DNA of 64,000 nucleotides. Source: Bacillota bacterium. GTDB lineage: Bacteria; Bacillota; JAAYKD01. Below the pieces are notes generated by a model. The model did no database searches. It was given only the letters and a program-made list of their open reading frames with translations, and was not told where the DNA came from. Both the position numbers and the translations under genes were made by a program. Position 1 is the stretch's first letter, and each line of letters opens with the position of its first letter. This document shows, piece by piece, positions 56,670 to 64,000 of this stretch. The DNA lies in the NCBI GenBank assembly GCA_963666425.2, contig OY762825.2:2592001-2656000 (forward strand). The letters are read 5' to 3'.

Positions 56670-57335
56670 ATGCAACTGACAGAGAGGCAGGATCGTTTGG
56701 TCTCCATGTTGCGCAACGATGGCCCCTTAACCGCCGAGGAAATCGCCCGGCGGATGGAAATGAAAAAAACAACACTGCGGCCTGATTTAACATTTTTGGT
56801 GCGGTCCGGTATTTTGAGTGCGAAACCAAAGGTTGGTTACTATTTTACAGGCCTGAGTTATCCCGCTAATCAACGCAATGTCAATGCGTTGCGTGTGCGC
56901 GACATCCAAGGTCCTGCTGTTGTCGTGCGCGAGAACAGCTGTGTTTATGATGCTGTCGTCACTATTTTTCTGGAAAACGCGGATATGCTGTTTGTCGTCG
57001 ACGAAAAAGATCTTTTAGTCGGTGCGATTTCCCGCAATGATCTGCTGAAATCAACCATGGGCGGCGGCGATTTAAATAAACTGCCAATCGGTATGGTGAT
57101 GACACGCCTCAATCAGCTGATTGCTGTTTTTGAAGAAGATACGATGCTCTTGGCTGTGAAAAAACTGATTGAATATGAAACCGATGCTCTGCCGGTGGTC
57201 AGAGCTGCCGATAAAGATTTGAAACGCTCCTGGAAAGTAGTCGGTATGATTTCGAAAACGATTGCCACCCGTTTGCTCGTTGATTCTATGGAAACGGAAC
57301 AGGATAATTATCGCAAAACGGAGGAGGAAGCATAA
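56670..57335 (+). CDS. ccpN: CcpN HTH-CBS transcriptional repressor
   Basis: TLRPDL..G.LSAKPKVGYY, CBS pair, upstream of ppsR. Confidence 0.9.
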   Translation: MQLTERQDRLVSMLRNDGPLTAEEIARRMEMKKTTLRPDLTFLVRSGILSAKPKVGYYFTGLSYPANQRNVNALRVRDIQGPAVVVRENSCVYDAVVTIFLENADMLFVVDEKDLLVGAISRNDLLKSTMGGGDLNKLPIGMVMTRLNQLIAVFEEDTMLLAVKKLIEYETDALPVVRAADKDLKRSWKVVGMISKTIATRLLVDSMETEQDNYRKTEEEA

Positions 57336-57336
57336 T

Positions 57337-58164
57337 ATGGCGCGTACCGTCAATAAAACGATTTTTGTTTTATCCGATTCTTTTGGTGAAACAGCTGAGA
57401 GAGTTGTCTTGGCTTGTTTGGCTCAGTTTCCGCAAACCAATAACTTAGAAATACGACTTGTCAACAATTTAACAGAACGTGAAACAATCGATCGCGTGCT
57501 CCTGGAAGCGAAACAATCCGGTTCGTTTGCGGCGTACACCATTGTCCTGGAGGACCTGCGCAGCTATGTGGTGGAGCGGGCCCGGCTGCTTGATGTGACT
57601 GTCATCGATATTATGGGACCTGTTTTACAAGCGATTGAAAAATTAACCGGCGAACATCCCCGTTATCAACCCGGTTTGATGCACCGTTTGGATGAAGATT
57701 ACTTTAAAAAAATGGAGGCAGTGGAATTTGCGGTGAAATACGATGACGGCAAGGATCCCAGAGGTTTTTTGCGAGCGGATATCGTTTTGCTGGGAGTCTC
57801 CCGCACCTCAAAGACGCCTTTATCGATGTATCTGGCCAATAAAAGATACTGCGTCGCCAATTTGCCGATTGTACCGGAAGTGCGCCCACCCAAAGAATTG
57901 AAATTGATCAGCAAAGGGAAAATCATTGGCTTAACGATCTCGCCGGAAAAACTGATTGAAGTTCGCAAAGAGCGTCTGAAAACGTTGGGATTGATGGGAC
58001 AAGCCCATTATGCTTTACCCGAACGGATTGAGCAGGAACTGGCTTATGCCAGTCAACTCTATAAAGAACTCGATTGCCATACCATCGATGTGACGCACAG
58101 AGCAATCGAAGAAACAGCAACCAGAGTGATCGAATGGATTGAGTCACAAAAAAAAGAAATCTAG
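57337..58164 (+). CDS. ppsR: Pyruvate, phosphate/water dikinase regulatory protein (YqfL/PpsR)
   Basis: SDSFGETA, FAVKYDDG, GVSRTSKTPLSMYLA, AIEETA. Confidence 0.93.
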   Translation: MARTVNKTIFVLSDSFGETAERVVLACLAQFPQTNNLEIRLVNNLTERETIDRVLLEAKQSGSFAAYTIVLEDLRSYVVERARLLDVTVIDIMGPVLQAIEKLTGEHPRYQPGLMHRLDEDYFKKMEAVEFAVKYDDGKDPRGFLRADIVLLGVSRTSKTPLSMYLANKRYCVANLPIVPEVRPPKELKLISKGKIIGLTISPEKLIEVRKERLKTLGLMGQAHYALPERIEQELAYASQLYKELDCHTIDVTHRAIEETATRVIEWIESQKKEI

Positions 58165-58276
58165 GCAAAAGCTTTGCTGACAGCCTGGATTTCAGCGCAC
58201 CTTTGTCGGGTACCGCAGGCAGGTTCCCATTCATTTAGCCATGCATCGGAAAGAAGAGGGAAAGGAGGCTGCGGCG

Positions 58277-60088
58277 ATGGCAGGCAGGATACCGGAACAA
58301 GTCATTGAAGAGATTAATCGTAAAGTCAGTATTATCGATCTAATCGGCGAGACGGTTCAACTCAAACGTGTCGGCAATCGCTATCTGGGCCTTTGCCCGT
58401 TTCATCATGAAAAAACACCTTCCTTCACGGTCGATCCGGAAAAGCAATTGTTTTATTGCTTTGGCTGTCAGACCGGTGGTAATCTGTTTGGCTATCTGCA
58501 AAAACGCGATCACTTGACCTTTGTCGAAGCGGCACGTCTTTTAGCGGAGCGGGTGGGAATTCCCATTCCGGAGGATGCCATGGATGAGGCGGATGCCGGC
58601 CGGATGCAGCTGCGCCAGCAGTTATATGATGCTTGTGAGGCGGCTCTCGTCTTCTATCAGCATCAGTATCATTTTCATCCGGAAGCCAAAGCGGCAAGAC
58701 AATACTTGATCAAACGGGCATTGGAGCCGGATACGATTGATACATTTCGTCTGGGTTATGCTCCGCCGGAGTGGCGTTTGTTAGCGGATCACTTAATGCA
58801 AAAAGGATTTTCCGCTGACATTCTGGAACAAGCCGGTTTGGTCATCCGTCAGCCTTCGGGAGAAGGTTTCTATGACCGTTTTCGTGACCGAATTATTTTC
58901 CCGATTTTTGATTACCGCAATCGCTGCATCGGTTTTGGCGGCAGGGTCTTGAGTGACGAACAGCCGAAATATTTGAATTCACCGCAAACAGCCATCTTTG
59001 ATAAGGGCAAAAACCTTTATGGCATCCATATGCTGAAAAATCAGCATGATCTGGCTCAGATCATCGTTTATGAAGGGTATATGGATTATATTACGACTTG
59101 GCAGGGCGGCATTCCGCAAGGGGTCGCCAGTTTGGGTACCGCTTTGACCATGGATCAGTGCCGCTTACTGAAACGCTATACAAATCAAGTAATCCTTTGT
59201 TATGATGCCGACAGCGCCGGTGAGAGAGCAACGCAGCGGGGCATGCTTTTATTGCGCAAAGCGGGGCTGCAAGTGCTGATCGCACAGGTGCCGGGAGAAA
59301 AAGACCCGGATGATTATGTGCGCCATAACGGGGGAGAAGCATTTCAACAGGTACTGCAGGCGGCTTTACCGATGTATCACTATTTTATGCTGCAGTTAAA
59401 AAAGAAATTTGATTTGCAGACAATAGAAGGAAAAAGTGCTTACGTGCGCGAATTTGCTTCCGTGCTTTCGGAAAGTGACTCACCGGTTGAAATTGACGGG
59501 TATGTCAGAGAATTGGCGCGGCAGCTGCAGATTACCGAGAATGCGATTTATCGGGAAATGAAAATCAGCAGCCGAAACGATTTAGCAAATAGTGACAGAA
59601 AAGAAGGAACTCCTCGTCCGATCGGCGAAATAAAACCGTCGGACGTCGAAAAAGGCTTACTCGGTAATCGTTCTGCCGAAGAAACTTTGCTCAGATTGGC
59701 TTTCAATCAAGCAAGATTCGGCAAATTACTCACCGAGAAAATTGAAATTGATGATTTCGGTCCGATGTATCAACCATTAATTACAGCTCTTTGGCCCTTG
59801 TGGCGGCAAGGAAAATTCATTACGATCGCTGATCTTGCTGCGATGGCTGAAGAAAACACCAGCAGTTTGGCAGTGAAGCTGGAAATCAGTGGGGAAGCTC
59901 CGGTCACGAACAGTGAGAAAGCATTCGATGACTGTGCAGCCTACCTGATCATTCAGCGTTACCGCAGACGCTTGAATGAACTGACGCAGCAATTTGAAGC
60001 GATGCAGCCGGCAGGCGATATGGAAGCGATGGCGATTGTTTTACAACAGATTCAGGTATTACAAAGGAAGTTGGGGCGTCAACGTTGA
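58277..60088 (+). CDS. dnaG: DNA primase
   Basis: CPFHHEKTPSF..CFGC, FRDRIIFPI, KYLNSP, EGYMD, YDADSAG, DPDD. Confidence 0.97.
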   Translation: MAGRIPEQVIEEINRKVSIIDLIGETVQLKRVGNRYLGLCPFHHEKTPSFTVDPEKQLFYCFGCQTGGNLFGYLQKRDHLTFVEAARLLAERVGIPIPEDAMDEADAGRMQLRQQLYDACEAALVFYQHQYHFHPEAKAARQYLIKRALEPDTIDTFRLGYAPPEWRLLADHLMQKGFSADILEQAGLVIRQPSGEGFYDRFRDRIIFPIFDYRNRCIGFGGRVLSDEQPKYLNSPQTAIFDKGKNLYGIHMLKNQHDLAQIIVYEGYMDYITTWQGGIPQGVASLGTALTMDQCRLLKRYTNQVILCYDADSAGERATQRGMLLLRKAGLQVLIAQVPGEKDPDDYVRHNGGEAFQQVLQAALPMYHYFMLQLKKKFDLQTIEGKSAYVREFASVLSESDSPVEIDGYVRELARQLQITENAIYREMKISSRNDLANSDRKEGTPRPIGEIKPSDVEKGLLGNRSAEETLLRLAFNQARFGKLLTEKIEIDDFGPMYQPLITALWPLWRQGKFITIADLAAMAEENTSSLAVKLEISGEAPVTNSEKAFDDCAAYLIIQRYRRRLNELTQQFEAMQPAGDMEAMAIVLQQIQVLQRKLGRQR

Positions 60089-60136
60089 ATAAAAAGATAA
60101 CCAATCATCCTAAAAGGAAAGGAGGGCGAGGTCGCA

Positions 60137-61417
60137 ATGGTGAAAACGCATGATACGGAACTGGAATCAGTCATGGACGAGAAGTTAGCGGAAACGAAAC
60201 GATCACATGCAGAGCAGACAGATTCTGCAGAACAGTTCGAAAACGAAAGAAATCTGACATCTACACAAATCAAAACCAACGGTCCGAAACCTTCCGAGAA
60301 GGTGGATGATCCCATGGCAATTTACCAGCCTGTGATCAAGAACATTATCAATCTGGTAAAATCCACGGGCGAAATTCCATATGAAGAAATAGCCAATCAG
60401 CTACAGGATATTGAAATGACGCCGGATCAGATCGAACGCTTTTATACGGAATTGGGTAAAATTCTCAAGGTCGATACGACTCTGCCGGTGCAGGGGAAAG
60501 AATTGGAAGCGCTCGAAGTACCGGATGAGGATTTTGAAAAGCTGGAAGAACCGGTCATCGAATTGGACTTAACGGTTCCCGACGGAATTTCGCTGGAAGA
60601 CCCGGTGAGAATGTATCTGAAGGAAATCGGTCGGGTAGACTTGCTCACCGCAGACGAAGAAATCGATTTGGCGCAGCGGATGGAGCAGGGAGATGAAGCA
60701 GCCAGAGAACGTCTGGCAGAAGCCAATTTAAGGCTGGTAGTGAGCATTGCCAAACGTTACGTCGGCCGAGGCATGCAGTTGCTGGATCTGATTCAGGAGG
60801 GCAATCTTGGCCTTCTGAAAGCGGTTGAAAAGTTCGACTATCATAAGGGCTATAAGTTTTCTACCTATGCTACCTGGTGGATCCGGCAGGCAATCACCCG
60901 CGCGATTGCGGATCAGGCCAGAACGATTCGTATTCCGGTGCATATGGTGGAGACGATCAATAAACTGATCCGGATCAATCGTCAGTTGCTGCAGGAACTG
61001 GGGCGGGATCCAACTCCTGCCGAGACAGCCAAAGCAATGGATTGCACGGTGGAGAGAGTCCGGGAAATAATGAAGATCGCGCAGGAACCGGTTTCCCTGG
61101 AAACTCCCATCGGGGAGGAAGAAGACAGCCACTTGGGTGACTTCATCGAGGATCAGGAAGTGATGGCACCCGGCGATGTGGCGGCTTCCACGCTGCTGCG
61201 TGAGCAATTGGAAGATGTGCTTTCTACGTTAACCGAACGGGAAGAAAATGTTCTGCGTTTGCGTTTTGGTCTGGATGACGGCCGCAACCGCACGCTGGAG
61301 GAAGTCGGCCAGATTTTTGGAGTCACCCGGGAAAGAATCCGACAAATTGAAGCGAAAGCATTGCGCAAGCTTCGCCATCCCAGCCGCAGCAAACGTTTAA
61401 AGGATTATCTGGAATAA
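60137..61417 (+). CDS. rpoD: Primary RNA polymerase sigma factor SigA/RpoD
   Basis: [63 protein letters not shown]. Confidence 0.98.
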   Translation: MVKTHDTELESVMDEKLAETKRSHAEQTDSAEQFENERNLTSTQIKTNGPKPSEKVDDPMAIYQPVIKNIINLVKSTGEIPYEEIANQLQDIEMTPDQIERFYTELGKILKVDTTLPVQGKELEALEVPDEDFEKLEEPVIELDLTVPDGISLEDPVRMYLKEIGRVDLLTADEEIDLAQRMEQGDEAARERLAEANLRLVVSIAKRYVGRGMQLLDLIQEGNLGLLKAVEKFDYHKGYKFSTYATWWIRQAITRAIADQARTIRIPVHMVETINKLIRINRQLLQELGRDPTPAETAKAMDCTVERVREIMKIAQEPVSLETPIGEEEDSHLGDFIEDQEVMAPGDVAASTLLREQLEDVLSTLTEREENVLRLRFGLDDGRNRTLEEVGQIFGVTRERIRQIEAKALRKLRHPSRSKRLKDYLE

Positions 61418-61466
61418 TTTAGAATAGAATAGTGTTAATTCTTTAAATTCTAACACTTTTAGATGG

Positions 61467-61495
61467 TTGACGAATCCAGACCGCTCTGTTATAAT
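61467..61495 (+). promoter_or_regulatory. SigA promoter of first tRNA cluster
   Basis: TTGACG-N17-TATAAT. Confidence 0.8.
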
Positions 61496-61520
61496 TCGAC
61501 TTGCGTTTACGCCAAAAGAT

Positions 61521-61595
61521 TCCACAATAGCTCAACGGTAGAGCAATCGGCTGTTAACCGATAGGTTGTAGGTTCGAATCCTACTTGTGGAGCCA
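61521..61595 (+). tRNA. tRNA-Asn(GTT)
   Basis: TCCACAA/TTGTGGA acceptor, loop CTGTTAA, TTCGAATC, CCA. Confidence 0.96.
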
Positions 61596-61629
61596 GGAAA
61601 TCATCGGAACATTCCGTTGATATATGGAC

Positions 61630-61706
61630 GGGCCCATAGCTCAGTTGGTCAGAGCTACCGGCTCATAACCGGTTGGTCCTAGGTTCGAGTCCTAGTGGGC
61701 CCACCA
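61630..61706 (+). tRNA. tRNA with CAT anticodon, most likely tRNA-Ile2 (lysidine)
   Basis: GGGCCCA/TGGGCCC, arm CCGG-CTCATAA-CCGG resembling Bacillota Ile2; no initiator features. Confidence 0.85.
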
Positions 61707-61739
61707 AGAGTTTTCGCTAAGCCTGTCCAGGCAGCAGTT

Positions 61740-61815
61740 GGCCCCATAGTGAAGCGGTCTAACACATCAGCCTTTCACGCTGACGACTCGGGTTCGAATC
61801 CCGATGGGGTCACCA
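61740..61815 (+). tRNA. tRNA-Glu(TTC)
   Basis: GGCCCCA/TGGGGTC, loop CTTTCAC, CCA. Confidence 0.95.
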
Positions 61816-61822
61816 TTTTTTC

Positions 61823-61897
61823 GGGCGGGTGGCTCAGGGGTAGAGCACCTGGTTCACATCTAGGGGGTCGTAGGTTCAAATCCTATCCCGCCCACCA
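61823..61897 (+). tRNA. tRNA-Val(CAC)
   Basis: GGGCGGG/CCCGCCC, CCTGG-TTCACAT-CTAGG, CCA. Confidence 0.92.
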
Positions 61898-61908
61898 CAG
61901 AAAACACG

Positions 61909-61936
61909 AAAGCAGAGAATTTTTTCTCTGCTTTTT
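61909..61936 (+). terminator. Terminator of first tRNA cluster
   Basis: AAAGCAGAGAA/TTCTCTGCTTT + T. Confidence 0.75.
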
Positions 61937-62002
61937 CCTATTGCTTGGCGTAACTGCAGAGACTCGACGCCGACCGTATTTGATCGGAAAGAAGGGCGCT
62001 GA

Positions 62003-62710
62003 ATGACCGAAAACAAGCTTATACTAAAACCGAGACTGCAGGCTGTCTTTGATTTACTCAAGCCCTGTGCAATCCTTTGTGATATCGGGACAGATCACGC
62101 CTATCTTCCCATTGCTGCTATCCAGCAGGAGCTGGCCGGTTATGCATTTGCCTGTGATCTTCATCTGCCGCCTTTGAGAGCGGCAGAAAAGAACATTAGG
62201 ACCCATTGCCTGTCCGAGCGGATTGCATGCCGTCAGGGAGCCGGTTTTACCCCTCTGAGTGCAGCCGAAATCGGGCAGGTGGTCATCGCCGGCATGGGCG
62301 GTCTGACGATCCGGACGATCTTAGCGGAAGCAGGCGAAAAAGCAAAAAAAGCGGAGCGACTCGTGATCCAAGCCAATAACCACATCAAGGAAGTCCGGCA
62401 ATGGCTGGTCAATTCCGGCTTTACCATCGAGGCGGAAACTATCGTTCAGGAACGGGAATTTTATTATCAGGCCTTCGCTGCGGTCTATACCGCTCAGAGC
62501 GAAAATTGGACCGATCTGGAACTGCAGTATGGGCGCTTCAATTTACAGCGCCGTGATGCGGTCGTTTTGTCATTGCTGCGGCGTGAAGCGGGGTTTTTAA
62601 CGAAGGCGCTGGTTGGTATGCAGCAAGCCCAGCGTGATGTCAGTCAAGCCAGCAAGACCGCCGAAGAGCAGCTGCAGGCCATTCATCAAATTCTCAGCGA
62701 ATCTATTTGA
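62003..62710 (+). CDS. trmK: tRNA (adenine22-N1) methyltransferase
   Basis: DIGTDHAYLP, IAGMGG; downstream of sigA. Confidence 0.92.
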   Translation: MTENKLILKPRLQAVFDLLKPCAILCDIGTDHAYLPIAAIQQELAGYAFACDLHLPPLRAAEKNIRTHCLSERIACRQGAGFTPLSAAEIGQVVIAGMGGLTIRTILAEAGEKAKKAERLVIQANNHIKEVRQWLVNSGFTIEAETIVQEREFYYQAFAAVYTAQSENWTDLELQYGRFNLQRRDAVVLSLLRREAGFLTKALVGMQQAQRDVSQASKTAEEQLQAIHQILSESI

Positions 62711-62751
62711 CTTTTACAGCGTTTTCAGCTATACTCAATTGCTGTTACAAA

Positions 62752-63127
62752 CTTCAGACCGGGTTGGTTGAATGATCGCGAAAAGAAGACCGCAAGGTGC
62801 TTTTTGAGGAAAGTCCGAGCTTCACAGAGCAGGATGCTGGATAACGTCCAGTGAGGGTAACCTTAAGGCTAGTGCCACAGAAAGATACCGCCGGATTTTC
62901 CGGTAAGGGTGCAAAGGTGCGGTAAGAGCGCACCAGCAGTCGGGTGACCGGCTGGCTCGGTAAACCCCATTCGAAGCAAGACCAAATAGGGAAGCAGATG
63001 AAGCGGCTCGCTGAACTTCCGGGTTGGTCGCTGGAGGTATCGGGTAACCGGTATCCAAGATAAATGATCATTTCGTGCCTTACGGCATAGGACAGAACTC
63101 GGCTTACAGACCCTGCCGGTTTGAAGT
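62752..63127 (+). ncRNA. rnpB: RNase P RNA (type A)
   Basis: GAGGAAAGTCC, AGTGCCACAGAAA, GGTAAACCCC..GCAAG, ACAGAACTCGGCTTA; CTTCAGACCGG/CCGGTTTGAAG closing helix; promoter TTGACT-N17-TATACT at 62707-62735. Confidence 0.96.
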
Positions 63128-63227
63128 TTTTGTAGCAGCAGCCTGTATTCTCACAAAACAGACAGCAAAAAATCCGGGACATGGCGAAATATATGTCTCC
63201 TAGCATTAAATAACCCCAGAAAACTAT

Positions 63228-63256
63228 TTGACAAGCCATATTCTACTTGTTATAAT
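63228..63256 (+). promoter_or_regulatory. SigA promoter of second tRNA cluster
   Basis: Perfect TTGACA-N17-TATAAT. Confidence 0.85.
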
Positions 63257-63269
63257 AACTCTCGTTGAT

Positions 63270-63345
63270 TGGGGCATCGCCAAGCTGGTTAAGGCACGGG
63301 ACTTTGACTCCCGCACCGTAGGTTCGAATCCTGCTGCCCCAACCA
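63270..63345 (+). tRNA. tRNA-Gln(TTG)
   Basis: TGGGGCA/TGCCCCA, loop CTTTGAC, CCA. Confidence 0.95.
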
Positions 63346-63403
63346 CTTTCTTTTTCGGTAACCTTTTTTCCTGGCAGGATTCCTGAGTGGAATCAAAAAA
63401 CAT

Positions 63404-63479
<76 letters not shown>

Positions 63480-63549
63480 TTGTTCCGATTTGTTATCATG
63501 CTTAAAACATAGTCTTCTGCGCGGGAGTTTCCTGATTCCAACCAAATAC

Positions 63550-63625
63550 GGCCCCATAGTGAAGCGGTCTAACACATCAGCCTTTCACGCTGACGACTCG
63601 GGTTCGAATCCCGATGGGGTCACCA
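63550..63625 (+). tRNA. tRNA-Glu(TTC), identical second copy
   Basis: Same 76 nt as 61740-61815. Confidence 0.95.
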
Positions 63626-63630
63626 TACAT

Positions 63631-63716
63631 GGTGGGATTCCCGAGTTGGCCAAAGGGGGCAGACTGTAAATCTGCTAGCTTCGCTTTCGATGGTTCGAAT
63701 CCATCTCCCACCACCA
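63631..63716 (+). tRNA. tRNA-Tyr(GTA)
   Basis: GGTGGGA/TCCCACC, GCAGA-CTGTAAA-TCTGC, long variable arm, CCA. Confidence 0.96.
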
Positions 63717-63757
63717 GAAAATCCCGTCTGAATTGATCCAATTCAGACGGGATTTTC
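63717..63757 (+). terminator. Terminator of second tRNA cluster
   Basis: GAAAATCCCGTCTGAATTG/CAATTCAGACGGGATTTTC perfect stem. Confidence 0.8.
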
Positions 63758-63764
63758 AACTAAT

Positions 63765-63860
63765 TCCACCTTAGTGTGGATGAAACTTCATCCGAGCGCG
63801 AAACGATCGGATTTCACCTGAGCAAAGTGAAGATTTCACCGTGCTATCAGCATGATTTCC
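63765..63860. repeat. Array of short palindromes linked by GATTTC
   Basis: GATTTC at 63810, 63832, 63854 (22-nt period), each preceded by a short inverted repeat. Confidence 0.6.
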
Positions 63861-63956
63861 TCTGAAAAGGAAAGGAATGCAGCGGCTTTACGGTGAATAG
63901 AGTAAAGTACGATCAGTTTAAACCCTGACAAGACAGTCTGAAAGGTGTTTATCAAG

Positions 63957-64000
63957 ATGGAAGAGCGCTTACAAAAAATTATCGCTGCTGCCGGTTTGGC
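63957..64000 (+). CDS. rluB: Pseudouridine synthase RluB/RsuA family, 5' end only
   Basis: SD GAAAGGTG; MEERLQKIIAAAGL is the typical S4-domain start. Confidence 0.75.
   Translation, partial: MEERLQKIIAAAGL

Noticed and set aside
63765-63860. Mini CRISPR array
   Set aside because: Constant part is only 6-8 nt, variable parts are palindromic and about 15 nt, and no cas genes are present.

Overview
Chromosomal core region of an anaerobic Bacillota (Clostridia-like, roughly mid-GC by eye). Left part: partial helD, pdp, glnA, then a cell-surface locus (2075-aa SLH/Ig-repeat protein, Pro/Thr-rich membrane-anchored protein, a decayed capD-like gene, intact cpsC-cpsD-cpsB tyrosine kinase module), iorAB divergent from a LarA-family gene, a DinG helicase and methionine gamma-lyase. 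Centre: the Bacillus origin-proximal block (SRP RNA, dnaX, ybaB, recR, darA, yaaR-like, holB, yaaT, abrB, T-box metG, tatD, rnmV, rsmA) with insertions (M20 peptidase, GNAT, clpP, two SagB-type oxidoreductases, split fumarase, Ycf45-like AAA-R3H, ttcA-like, ABC-F). Right part: rex, murE, HIT, rpsU, yqeY, phoH-pgpH-ybeY-era-recO, ccpN-ppsR-dnaG-sigA, trmK, RNase P RNA, eight tRNAs and the start of rluB. I found no CRISPR array, integrase, transposase, reverse transcriptase or prophage, and no clearly new multi-gene system. The best leads are a structured leader RNA in front of the surface locus, an orphan BY-kinase module beside a mosaic S-layer-like gene, an SSB-like C-terminal tip on DinG, a MurE lacking the DAP-specific DNPR motif, and several unexplained structured intergenic elements. 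All pairings and motifs were read by eye; no folding or database search was run.
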